Positions 37,521 through 49,991 of a stretch of DNA of 64,000 nucleotides are shown here, in pieces. The DNA is from Utricularia gibba (taxonomy: Eukaryota > Plantae > Magnoliophyta). The position numbers and the translations under genes are program-made. The stretch is taken from the NCBI GenBank assembly GCA_002189035.1, contig NEEC01000021.1:62001-126000 (forward strand). The letters are read 5' to 3'. Under the pieces are notes generated by a model that was given only the letters and a program-made list of their open reading frames with translations, was not told where the DNA came from and did not search any database. Position 1 is the first letter of the stretch; every line of letters starts with the position of its first letter.

Positions 37521-38924
37521 GGGGATTATTCAGTTATAAATATTTTTGATGGTTCACGGATGGTTATCTTCATGCAAGAGCAAATCTCTTGTTTACTTTT
37601 TGTTATAAATAAGGTTGTATTCAACATTTTGAGTTTGAGAGAATAGAAGCATTTTGGCTTCAATATTGCTCTTCTTCAATTCCATTGGATCAGCCCTTTG
37701 TTCATTCCATCATTGGTTTAGAAATTGTCGATAATTAGCTCTGGGTCTTCCGAAGAACACGACGTGCAGCTGCACTCTTCCGGGGTGGGAATGCATGCTA
37801 CCAGAGATAGGCTCGAGTCTGATACATCAACCGTCTACTCAATTTCCTTGTAGGAGTCCACAATCACTAACCGAGATGAACTCTGATTTGGTGAATTTTA
37901 GTTTTTCTTAGATTCAGCAACGAATTCAATTCTGAGGGATCTTTCATTCACATTGTCCCTCCTAAAAAGATTATCCCAGAATACATAGGCAATAGTTAGG
38001 AGAGTTGCGCCACTGGCTGTTTAAGAATAATGTTATATTAATATTATGTGTTATTTTCTATGTTTAATTGTGAAAAAGTTAACTAATTAGGTTTCTCGTA
38101 TTGTAGTATAAATATCTTTATTATTGCATTTTGACTTTTTTTTCATAAATTTAATTGAATTCAAGTACATAGTTGTAAAAAAACGCATGGCAAATGGCTA
38201 AAAAACATGAAAACACTACCTAACAACAATATCTGATTGAAAGACATCTTACATGATCATTGGCAGAAGACTTGTATCTTGATGATGAATATTGACATGT
38301 AAGATATGATTACAACTAATAGAATGAATAATGAATATATTGCAATGTAAGAGTAGAATATAGAGTTTTTTACACTTAACACGAATGCTGATAAACACAT
38401 AATTTATTAATTTTCATATTTATTTGTATTTCAAATTAATTGATAAAAATATAATGTATTTATATAATTCAAATTTAAATATAGAACTTTTATGTTAATA
38501 GGTTTTTAATACAATATATAACAAAAAAATAATTGATAGTAATTTAGAAAACAAAATATATCAATTGTTCCCATAATTATTATTTTATTATCATAATTCT
38601 TATTTTATAGTTAAAACTTGGTGTGATTCAATATAAACATAATATTTTTAATACAAATAAGTATTTCATATGTTTTAGTTGATCAAAATAATCTAAAATT
38701 ATTCATAACACACTAATAACACTAAAAATAATTTATAATGCCATATCTATTATAGGAATAATCACTATATACTTATAATATTGGTTAAGATAATATAGTA
38801 GCTGTGATATTAATATTATAATCAATCTCATTTGTGTTTGTTCGTTGAATTAACAGAACATGAATTTTGTTTGTGTTCATTTGTTTACATTATTCTAAGG
38901 AAAATAAACAACCTTAATCGAGTT

Positions 38925-39496
38925 TGTTATGGTTAAAAATCTTTACTATGGAGAGATCTGAGTTTTAGGTATTGAAGTAGTCGTGTCTACCGATTTGGGT
39001 AATTTGATTTGCAGCTCATATACAGAAATAGGAATGGGGCACAGAATTTTTTATGTGAAAACTATTAGAACGGAAAATCATGGAGTTAAGAGAGCTCATT
39101 ATAGAGATTGGATTCCACTAAGGAGAGGAAAATAAGAGATTTACAAAGATTTTGTAGAATGAAGAATCCTTTGTTCCTCTAATGTTCTCCTATTTATAGG
39201 AGAGCCCTATCCAAATGATTTCTGTGTATGTCAGTTGTTTTCTGCACTCGACGATTATACCAACCGCATAAGCGATTTTGCTGACTAATAACCGCTGTCT
39301 GCTCCAAGTTCCTACAAGATGTCTACTTTTTAGGTTCTATTGAAACAACTTAGGCCTGACATTTTCCTATCCTAGTTTTTGCAGTCCCGACTGTATCAGG
39401 AGTCAGAGTCCAACTCCTGTCCTTAACTGCTCCATCATATATTCTACTTGGATTTACGATTTGTGGATGACGGCGACCACCGATTAGTGTTTCACA
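38925..39496 (-). mobile_element. Tat-like LTR remnant
   Basis: The minus strand has CCTATAAATAGG and ends GATTTTTAACCATAACA, like the remnant at 28700-29530. No TSD found. Confidence 0.35.
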
Positions 39497-39519
39497 TTGC
39501 ATGTTTTTCTTTCTCAGGG

Positions 39520-40541
39520 TAGGATATAAGCTTTCTTCCTTTTTTCCCCACGTGGTGTATTATGATTTCCATTTCTATCAAAGTTGAATGCAATTTGAAC
39601 ATGAGTTTTTCATTTATTATAACAACACTACAAGTAATGATTAGTTGTAAAATTTAGTGGTAAAATATTTATTTTTTCTAAGCTCCTTATAGTAGTTTTG
39701 TTTCAAATTAATGCTCCAAATGTAAGTAAATATTATTTGGTTGATGCTCGATTCGCCAACATGACTGGTTACTTAGCATCATATCATAGAATCCGTGATC
39801 ACCTCTTAGAATGGCAATGAACAAGATGTAAATAGATTCATCATGAGGAGTTGTTTAACCACATACATTCAGCTCTGTGTTCTGTCATTGAAAGGACATT
39901 CGGTATTTGAAAAAAACATTTTTATATTGTCAACGGTATGCCATGTAATTTGAAGCTACACCGTCAAGTACATTTGGTAGTTGCAACTATGAGTATTCAC
40001 AATCTTCTATGCCATGTTTGTGCAGAAGATGTTGGATCTGACCTCACTGAATACAATGACCCGAATCCATTAACTATAACCAATGATGATCCAGTTGAAG
40101 AGAATGAAATGCTGTCTCAGTTGACTTCAATGGAGACCATTCGAGACATAATTTGTGATCATCTTTGGAATGCTTATAATGGGAGGGTCTGAGAAGTTGT
40201 TGCCACCATCACTTTTAATCTTTGTAACCTATGTAATAACATTTCATGGAATGATTTGTGTTTGGTAAGATTTGTGTGAAATTTAATAATATATACCATC
40301 AACTAACAATTAGCTATTAAAGAGCAATGAGCCTCATGTCACATTTACATGCTTGGCTGGCAATTATTGGGTTGGACAAAAAACCAAAAACATTATCGTA
40401 GGGAACACTTTTAATTTCTAGATTTATTTCTAAATTTATTTATATATATTTTTTTGGAACATTTCTAATTTCTACTTCTATTTCTACTTTATATTTTTCA
40501 GGAAGTAGAAATAGTCCACAGAAATATTCCAGAACACTCCC
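39520..40541 (+). mobile_element. 3' part of a second Harbinger element: transposase last exon (~39722-40192) and terminal TIR
   Basis: KYYLVDA..NMTGYLASY..EELFNHIHSAL.SVIERTFG..VATMSIHNL are Harbinger DDE motifs. The segment ends CCAGAACACTCCC followed by TAA. Confidence 0.75.
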
Positions 40542-42944
40542 TAAGTTTTAGACAATAACTTTCTTCCTTCTAAACTTTAATTTAAACTTTGTATTTATCT
40601 CTTTAGAATATTTTTTATCTACCTTTTTTCTTGTTTACTTTGATTTCTTTTTTTTATTACCATTTGTGGCTACACTTCTTGTTTGTAGGTTGGAAGACTT
40701 CTTTTTCAATGTTTTGTAGTTAATCAATTTTCCATTTCCTTTTTGGATTTAATCGGGTTTCATATGTTTCCACATGCACATGCTGCAATCTTTTTATAAC
40801 GATCTCTAGTCAAGATTTATGAGTATTTGAACACTGCTTGTGAGTTTTGAAAAGGAATAAAGTAATAGATATCAACTTCTACCCTTTTGGCTCAAGAGAG
40901 TCAATGTTTTATTCCTTACCATATCATTTTACAATGGATTAGATTGTGACCTCGCATTTGAACCATTGGGTAATTGGTAACACTTGGACACACAAGCACA
41001 ATTCGATTGTAGAAATAATCAATGCAAAGACCTCTATTTTCTTGATTGTTCAAGTGGGTGCAACATGAGGCAATTTCCAAATCTTTTTAGATGAGAGTGC
41101 AAGGGAATATAGCCAATTCCTTGTTTGTATAAGTATCTAAAATAGACAGAGGTAGAGTACAACAAACATAGTCGGAGAGAATTGAGATCCCATAAATAGT
41201 ACTCTTACTTAAATAAATCATTTAAGTTTATTTCTGCTGTTTACCTTTACAATTTTATTTACAAAATCATGAAAGTTTGTAATTCAATGTCAAATTGCAC
41301 CTTTCTCTTGAAGATCAACTTCATATGATCGATATCTATACTACATGTTTAATATACTTTGTTTATGTGGGAATTGCAATTCCTTATTCCAATCTTTTAT
41401 CTCCATTTTCAGATTTCTTTTGAATATTCGATGATTTAGGTATAAATATGGTCCTTTATAATTTTCACATTACATTAAATAATTGCAGCACTTTGGAAAC
41501 TGTTTTTCTTTTTGCTTTATTTTTTTGTGTTTTGACACATGACTAGATGTAATTAGTTTTATTATTTGTGTATATATTTGATGATTTAGGTACCACTCAA
41601 CTATGATGAGGAAAAAAAGATGTGGAAATGCACATGAAAAATATGTGCGAAAAACATATGCTTCTCCAATAGTGGTTGCATCGATTATTGTGAATAACTC
41701 TACTTTCTTTGGATTTGTAAACTTGAGAGCAGGGTGTTGATGGATTCTTCTTCAGAGAAGTATTTTCAGTAAGTTTCCATATGTTAGATGGTTCTTCTTT
41801 TTCTTTTTCCATCCGATATTCTTTTCAAACTTTTCATCACAAATGGATGGGCTTGGACACTTATAGCAGATTTGTACAAGTTATGGAGCAAGAGCAACAA
41901 CAAACAGGAGAAGTAGATGTGCTTAGACTTTATTCGTTTACCTCAGGTTCACCAAAAACTATTTGCAAACTTATCAACGGAAGATGCTTATTTATAGATT
42001 TTTGGCAACCCAACGTTCAAACAATTTGAACTTTAGCTCAATTATCACTACCTTATCAGGCTAATTTTCCTAAGCATGGATTTTTCACTAATTACCTAAT
42101 TCAATTATGCTGACATATTACTCGATATTTGTCACAAATTCTTTGAATGAAAACTCTTATTTCATAGTTGTCACTCCTTTAAATCTGCTTTTTTGGATAT
42201 AAAGTAAGCTGTTATAAGTTATTTCTTGATATTTTTAATCAGTCTTGAATAAAAATCACTTGATTTTTTGAATCCTTGTTTTAAAGTGGATAAATTGTAC
42301 ATCATCCGATGGAATTTTAACAACTCATTTCAATTTTTACTTCATCTTCTGACAATATCCATATAAAACTACGCCAGTTCTTTCCTAAAACATTACCTAG
42401 AATGACATTTTCATTATCTAAACGAATACGAAACATGAAATTTTAGAAGCAATTCAGTAATTAAACCTTTATTTGTCTATTTTTGTTGTTGCATTTCAGG
42501 GAAAGCCTCCTTGCAGTATGAGCTAATGGATATGAGACAATATTAGACAACGCCACACCATTTCTTTTCTTTATAAATGAGAGGATCTTTGCATAGGAAA
42601 AGAAGAGAGTTACCATATCTAACACAATGTGTCTTCTCCAATTCCCCTTAGTCGAGCCTCCCCGTCTGTCAACTACTCAAATTCTAGGAATTCGTTGAGA
42701 GTTAAGAGTATATTCATTGGCCGGCCTCATTTTAAATTTCAAAAATTTCTAAAAAGTCTTTTCCTATTCCTTCTAGAGTGTTGCGTTGTTAAAACCAAAA
42801 AATTGTTATATTTTTCTTGACGTTTCCTAAAGTTTTTGATAACACCCTCTTGAAAACCTATTTGAGCAATATTTTCATCAATATTAGTATATTGTATGTG
42901 AACCAATCTTTTTTTATTCATGTGTTGTTAATCACCTATAAAGT

Positions 42945-43690
42945 GATTTTATGTAACGATCCTTACGTCTCACGCTAAATGATGAGATCATGGATTACAA
43001 AGATGAATGCAATCAAGATGAAGGAAAAAGATTGCTAATCCTCTAATGATTGCTCTTGGGCCAATCATTAGATCAAGATAAAAAAAGAATAACATTGAGT
43101 TCAATCTATTCAAAGTGGATCAAGTGGAGTAAAGTTAAGTCTTTATTTTCAAGTTCATTTCTGGTACTTGTATTTTGACAAAGCTCATTTCTTTACCTAT
43201 ATAAAAAGGGTTTCATTCTTGTTTAGCAATAACTTTGATTGTAATGTGTTTTGAGAATAATGCTTCTTCTATGAGTTTTTGTTGAGCTTTAAATTTATCA
43301 AATTTTGCTTGTAGTGACTATTATAGTTCATCACTCTCATTTACTTATTTTGTGAGTGTGATATCATTTTCATAGTTTGATTTGCAATGATTTTCATTCT
43401 TTGAGGGAAACTTCTTCTTTTTCTTGAATAATTGCTTCATTTGAAATCCAATATCTAATTTACCAAACACTTAGTTGTTTGGAGGTTTGTATCACTACAT
43501 GTGGGGTAACATCACGTTTTGTTATGCTGGGAGACATCATTATCTTCATTTGTAGATAAAGTAGTAATTCATTAAACATTGAATAAACCAGTACATGAAG
43601 GTTTTACAAGTGTCTAAATATTTCCATAAGGGCTTATTTGATCTAATCATAATTGGTAATCTTCTAAAATGAATGAAATTTTGTTGTGTC
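42945..43690 (+). pseudogene. accD: NUPT copy 2: 3' part of accD, interrupted by a solo LTR
   Basis: TTTTATGTAACGATCCTTACGTCTC | CTACATGTGGGGTAAC...ATGCTGGGAGACATCATT...ACATTGAATAAACCAGTACATGAAGG is paralogous to 15860-16075. Confidence 0.8.
42980..43494 (+). mobile_element. Solo LTR (515 bp) inside accD copy 2
   Basis: TGATGAG...GTATCA with a near-TSD CTAAA/CTACA. accD reads through when it is removed. Confidence 0.7.
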
Positions 43691-44016
43691 ACCAAGGACT
43701 GAATTGTAGAACGAAACCAAAGATGAAAATAACTCTTTCCTTATTAAATTAGAAGACAAGGTCACAAGAACAAAGTATAAAGAATCTAAGAAAAATACAA
43801 GTTTATTATAATATATATCTTCATGGAGAAAGATGTGTAAACCCATTCTTGAAGTCGATATTCATCCTATTTATTCTATATATTTTTTCAACTATATAGA
43901 TAATGAAATTAAAGATATTTAAATATCGAATATGTAATAATACTAATTCTAATTAGAAATAGTTAGTATACTTATAAAAATAATATCTACAAACAGCAAA
44001 TCAAGGTACCGATTTT

Positions 44017-44075
44017 ATGATAACTTTCAACCTTTCCGCTATTTTTATTTTTTTATGTTAAAAAAATATTATTTA
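44017..44075 (+). pseudogene. psaI: NUPT copy 2: psaI, internally deleted
   Basis: ATGATAACTTTCAACCTTTCCGCTATTTTT...TATGTTAAAAAAA is paralogous to 16342-16445. Confidence 0.6.
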
Positions 44076-44531
44076 GAGCAGAGAAGCTACAATCTCAATC
44101 ATGTTCTTGAAACATAGACTTATAGCCTGACACATATGTTGATTTTTATCTTAGTAAATATGATTTACCCTTGATTTTGGTGGAACATAAAAGAAAAAGT
44201 TCTTAGACCTGCAAAAAATGATCCATTCATATATGAATTCTAACTAGTTTCAATCAGATGGATCAGGATAAGTGCCAGTGAGTGTGGTTGTAAAATTGGT
44301 GGATATATCCATATAGATATTGGAATAATATAAAGGGTATATTATTATTTTAGATATAAGCAATATGACGAAATTATGCCCAAAGGTTCATATCAAACTA
44401 GTGCTAGGTAACATTAAACTAGTAATAGTTGATTAGATTTCATCTAGGAACAAAAACAAAGGCAGACAAAGTAAAAATTACCATCATTTGTGGTAGTCTT
44501 TGAATTCCAATAAAATGCAATTGGATCAAGA

Positions 44532-45040
44532 ATAATTTCTGGATTAGAACATATATGGATAACTTATAATGGGGTCTCGGAAATTAAGTAATTTTTGCTT
44601 GGCTTTTATTATTATTTTTAGGTTCATTAAGATTCATACGGCTTGGTATCTACAATTATTTTTGTAGAAATTTGATATTGTTTATTCTCTTTCAATAGAG
44701 ATTTTTTTCCCACCAAGGATCATTGTCTTTTTACGGGATCAGAGGTCTCTTTATAAGGATGATTTCAATTGTTTAGCTTCATTAGGATTCTTACATAGTG
44801 GGTATGATAGATTCGATAGAAAGGAAGAATTAGTTTGTATTTTCCATATAGGATTTCCTGGAAAAATCGTTGCATATTCCTCTGATTTTGTATGCAAGGT
44901 ATTCAATCCTATAGAATAAAGGCTAAAGAGAATATTTATGTTCGTCAGCATCTAAGATAGAGAGGCTATGCCGCTGAGCTGTACGGATGATAATTTAACT
45001 AGCCGAGCACTTGAAAAAAACGCAGTGGAATTGGCATGGG
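44532..45040 (+). pseudogene. ycf4: NUPT copy 2: ycf4, 3' end deleted
   Basis: Paralogous to 16894-17403. Confidence 0.85.
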
Positions 45041-45349
45041 GGTTAAAAGACAAAAGAATCATGGTTTTTTTCGATAATAAAAGTTTACTTAAAAGGTCCA
45101 AAGTGGTCGTATGTAGAATAAATATTAAACCTCTTTTGTGGTTTTTACGCGCAATCTATGCAATTCAACTCAAGAGATTCAACCATGTCCTTCAATTTGT
45201 CTTATATATATATTAAACAAAAAAAATTACAAAGAAAAAATGATTCTTTTTTATATGTTTAATATTTTGTCTAGAACTTATTCTTTTAAGAACTATTCAA
45301 TCACAGAGTCGAACACAAAGCAGGTTAATTCAAATTTAACAGGTTAAAA

Positions 45350-46012
45350 ATGGCGAAAAAGGGAGCATCCACTACTTTTTTCTATCTTGGATCTATATTT
45401 CTGTCATGATGGTTTTCTCTATAATTTACTAAAAGTATGGAACCTTGAGTTACTAATTGGTTCACTACAGGAAAATTTGAAATATGTTTGAACAAATGCT
45501 CTTCTTAGATCAAATGATCAACTTCTTAGAGACATATTTAGAAAAATTTTCTATAAAAATCCACACAGAAATGTTACAATCAGCAATATATATAATGAGA
45601 ATCTTATTCATATGATTTACACTTCTTGCCCAATCTAATCTGTTTTATTACTCTAATCGATTATTCTATTTTAGGTCATAACGAATTTATTCTTATTAAT
45701 TCTTACGTTCAGGAATTTCTATATAATTCAAGTAGTACAACAAAATGTTTTTTGAATCAAAAGATGAAGATCACTCTTTCTTCCGATTCTTTTTAGTAAC
45801 CAATTTATGTATCAAATTTTATTCATCCCATGGGTGGAGACTGATGGTTAATTATGTCTAAAAAGATTTTTGGATTTGGTAATAATGTCAAATTGCATTT
45901 GGTATTGTTTCATTTCTAGTTATCCTCCATACTTTTTAACTATTGGATTTTTCTATACTTAAATCGTCAATCTCCAACACTTGTAGTTATTTGTGATGAA
46001 ATGAATGATTGA
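45350..46012 (+). pseudogene. cemA: NUPT copy 2: cemA
   Basis: ATGGCGAAAAAGGGAGCATCCACT...ATGAATGATTGA. It retains some segments deleted in copy 1. Confidence 0.88.
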
Positions 46013-46279
46013 TATTGATAAATGATCTACCAATATTTATTGAATTAATTCTGATGTTTCTTATTATCTAGTTCTATATTATATAAGCATTACAAAATTT
46101 CTATTATGAACTTAGAGGTTTACAAAGAGAATTTGGTCTTGCCAAGAATACTCATGAATTTTTCCTCCTCAGGTTCCCTCTTTTGTCAAAAAGTCAATCA
46201 TCTATTTCTTCCTACTTTTGATATTTATGTCTACATAAAATCAAATATCTAGATGGGACTTCCCATTTTTATTATATCT

Positions 46280-46440
46280 TCCTACTCTTGGTATCTTCCT
46301 CCATTTTGGAAAAGAAGATTGACTCTTAATGGAGAATGCAACCAGATAGATGCACATGTGGATTTTGATAAACTTTTTGGGTTATGTACAACTATGCAGA
46401 ACAGATTCATATGTATTTTACGCCTCATGTTATAAGGTAA
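46280..46440 (+). pseudogene. Exon remnant of an unidentified nuclear gene, copy 2
   Basis: WYLPPFWKRRLTLNGECNQIDAHVDFDKLFGL, then after a frameshift NYAEQIHMYFTPHVIR|GTAAT. Confidence 0.45.
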
Positions 46441-48075
46441 TCTCTAATTCAATACCTATTTATCATCATTGTGTATGCATGCCACAACTTCGACCTAATA
46501 CTATGTGAAGTTGATGAAGACACTTGGTACTATATACTTATATAACTTTAACCTCTTAGAAGATAAAGATGAGCTAAACGATGCTCTATTTTTGTTGGTA
46601 CTAGACTTTGAGCAGACTAGGTAAATCCTATTGTTTTAGATAAGATTAGATGACTTGGGTGCACCGGCAAATGAATTGGGGAATTCGTTTATTATACCTA
46701 CGGAACATCGGCTCAAACATAAAACCCCTGGGAATCAACATCAGACTAATGGGGAGGGATCCTACAGTCTTTCAAAATGCATGGCATTCCTTACATGTAT
46801 CGAGACCCTCTCCAAGACTCTAGACGTACATTCAAATTACACAATATCGATGGAAGAATCATCATCACATGTCACCCCTATGATGTCGAATCCAACCCAT
46901 TCTCATAATTTTATCATCCAGAATAAGAAGTCTATTTAGAAACACTTTTTAGAATTAAACTTTCGTATGTAGGATAATGTAAAGGAAACTACAATATTTC
47001 TTTTTCAAGGAATTTTTAAAAGGCATTTGCATATAATACATCAGTATCATTTAACCATAAGTGACATATAAATTTAAGAAAAACATATGGATGTTCTTCA
47101 TGTATAAGATGTGTTCAAATTGTAACAAATGTCATATTGAATGACGATCATGTATAAACGACATCCATATATGTTTTAGAATTTTTTATATATATAAGTG
47201 TAGGGTTTGCATAAATGATGCTCATATGTATTTTGGATATATTTTATTTTTGTATAATTTTTAGATATGCCGCTTAAGCATAAACAATGCTCGTATAATT
47301 TGTATGTATATGGATATGGCTTATGTATGTGAGCAATATTTATGCATAAGGTATCGTTTGGACATTTAAAAAAAATTCCAAAATATAGTGCATATCTTTA
47401 TTATAAAGAAAAATATAACTATTTAGCAAATAAACACACAAAAGATAATATTTTGCTAATGATGGCAGTTTATAGAGCTATTTGGCCAAATTATTTTTCG
47501 CATAAATCCATTTTGCTAAAAATATCTAACCAGAAGTCCAATCCGAACTCCAAGTAAATTGGTCAAACAAAACCCAATTCAAAAGTAGTCATTTTGACTA
47601 CTTTAGTTTTATATGAAGTTTGATTCGATCTTCGTGGTCCGTAGAGTTTGTTCTCAAGGAACTCCATTTAAATGAATTTGGCATATTCTTTACAATCTTC
47701 TTTTTTTTATTTCATTAGAAATTGTATAAAGACCATTCGAATTAGCACAATATTTTACAATTAAGAAACAATTTGCTTTTCTGTAGATCATGTAGAAATT
47801 TGCTATAATACCCCCCCCCCCACCTATGAATTTCTAGGTTTCGAATTAGTAATTTGCTATAATACTAATGAAAAAATTTTAAATTTACCATTAATGTTTG
47901 ATCTAAAATTCATTTTTACCATCAAACTTTCACAATTTCATTTTTGCGATTAAACATATATAATTCGTTTCATTTTTTCCATCACACTATAAATCGATTT
48001 AAAAATATTGAAAAATTGGCTCATTTAAAAAACCGTTCATTAAATAAATGAAAATAATGGCCTCCATGAACATTA

Positions 48076-48456
48076 AGGTCCGTTTGGTTGGTGGAATAAG
48101 TTATTTCAGGATAAAATTAAGTAGTATAGTGGGTTAGGATTAGATGGGAATATATTTTGATGTATTTGGTTTGTGTTGTAATAATTGGGATAGGATAGTT
48201 GTTTGTATGAATAAAATGATGAAAATACGCTTATTTTCCTGAATTTGGTTTTATACAAAAAAAAAGTAAAGGTCATTTATGACATGTTGGGTGAGATTTT
48301 TTAATCACACCCAATAAGACTGGATTATTTTATCCTGTTTTTGTGGGATAAGAAATCTATATAGTAATGGATAATTAATCCCTTATTTATAACCAAGCAT
48401 AGGATAACAATATACTATTTAATTATCCCTCCTTATCCCATGAACCAAACACACCC
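48076..48456. mobile_element. Tourist-like MITE
   Basis: TIRs AGGTCCGTTTGGTT and (reverse complement) GGGTGTGTTTGGTT, with TTA on both sides. Confidence 0.75.
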
Positions 48457-48633
48457 TTAGGGTTTAGAGACCCAATGTAAATAAAAAATCCCGCTTGGCT
48501 GTAAACTAATTCATCTCTCTCAACAAATGGGCAACGACAATTCAAGGAAACAAGAGAGACAAGGTGGTATTTAGTCATCAAAGGAGATGAAAACATTGAA
48601 CCGTATATTTTGAGACTATATTATGGTGGTGGG

Positions 48634-49801
48634 TGATAGCACACAAATTTTCAGGTTTTAGGATATGAAATATCATGAATTTTTAATCTTTTTTAAAGGT
48701 TTATTTTATAGTTTTAAGTGTTTTTATGAAATTTAGGAAAATGTAATTTTTGGTGTGATTAGCAGACTAAATCGTTTGATTTAGCCCACCCCATATCTAA
48801 CCCGATTTTGGAGTCTAGGAGCAACTCAAGAATCAAGGAAGAGATCTGAATTTCGTGCAAGTCACCAAGCTGCAAGAGACAAAGAGCACTGTTCCGCCGC
48901 CTGCAATCTGCAGGTTCAGGCCGAGAACAGTGATGGTGTCAGGAACAATGCGTGGGAGTAAATGAGGGAAGATATTATTTTCGAAAAGGGAGAGCGGGAA
49001 AAAGAGAACACACAGCGAGGGGGACGCAGGGGGTCTTCTTCCCCAACGGGAGAAACACCAACCAGAGCGGGGAAGGGAGGCCTTCATCATCAAGAACAGC
49101 ACCGGAGCACAGTCCAGCACTACTGTTCCGAGCTGTGAAAAGTAGCCAGCGGGCGGAAAAACAATATCTATTTGCTTTCCGTTTTTCTGAACATTTCAAG
49201 TTTCTGCATTTGACTTGTTACAATGTTTCTGCCATTTTGGCCAGCTTATATGAATGAAATCGTGTTTTATTTCCAAAGCATGAGTGGCTAGAGTCTTAGG
49301 AATGCCTTAAGGTGAAGGGGTGTGGTGTGTGCTTAGGGTTAATGATGAAATTTATGTGTATTCCTTAACTCTTGTTTCTAGCAAACTATGGGTAGACCTA
49401 AGGAGGGAAACAAGTAATTTCACAACTTAGAAGCTTGGTTTAGAGGTAGACCAACAAACCAAGATGCGAGCAATCGGTGTTAGTGCAGGGTAGAACCAGT
49501 AGAACCGGGTAGACTTAGTTCTATATACCTTGCATGTGGGTAGACCTAATTGCAATGTTGGTTATGATATTAGGGACTGGCTTAAGCCAAAAATATGATG
49601 AATGACCTGGGTAGACCTAGGTTATTCGAAGTTGTGAGTGTAGGAAGATAGCAAATTAATTTAGGAACCTTAGTATGGCACCACCCGCAGATCTTTAAGG
49701 CGTCCACGTATTAGTGTGAGTCAAAACCAGTACCTGTTACCCTAGCGTCAAGACGTGATATTCATAATATTGCAACGATATTAGGAAATTCCTGTTTATC
49801 A
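48634..49801 (+). repeat. 5' LTR (1168 bp; ~0.2 kb shorter than the 3' LTR)
   Basis: Direct repeat of 58258-59632; about 7 mismatches in the first ~270 bp by manual comparison. Confidence 0.93.
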
Positions 49802-49804
49802 AAT

Positions 49805-49822
49805 TGGCGCCGTTGCCGGGGA
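49805..49822 (+). promoter_or_regulatory. Primer-binding site
   Basis: TGGCGCCGTTGCCGGGGA, 3 nt after the LTR end; this is the PBS characteristic of Athila elements. Confidence 0.9.
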
Positions 49823-49991
49823 GCGGTGTTTAATTGTTTTGTGTTTATAGTTGACGCATTTACGTTCTCCTGGTGCAGGTAATATTACTTTCCTTCCAGA
49901 AATTGAGAGAGTTATCAGCAAGAACAGGGTAAGAGTTAGAGAAGCGAGTAGATTGAGAAAACTCTCACCTGAGACTAACAGAAATTTCAGA

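Noticed and set aside
37525-37725. Copia 3' LTR followed by a PBS-like TGGTTTAGA (possible tandem element)
   Set aside because: No matching 5' LTR could be aligned and no second gag follows.
41597-41812. Minus-frame resemblance to caulimovirid RNase H (TIIDAT)
   Set aside because: Only a few residues match, and no RT motifs or other viral ORFs are nearby.
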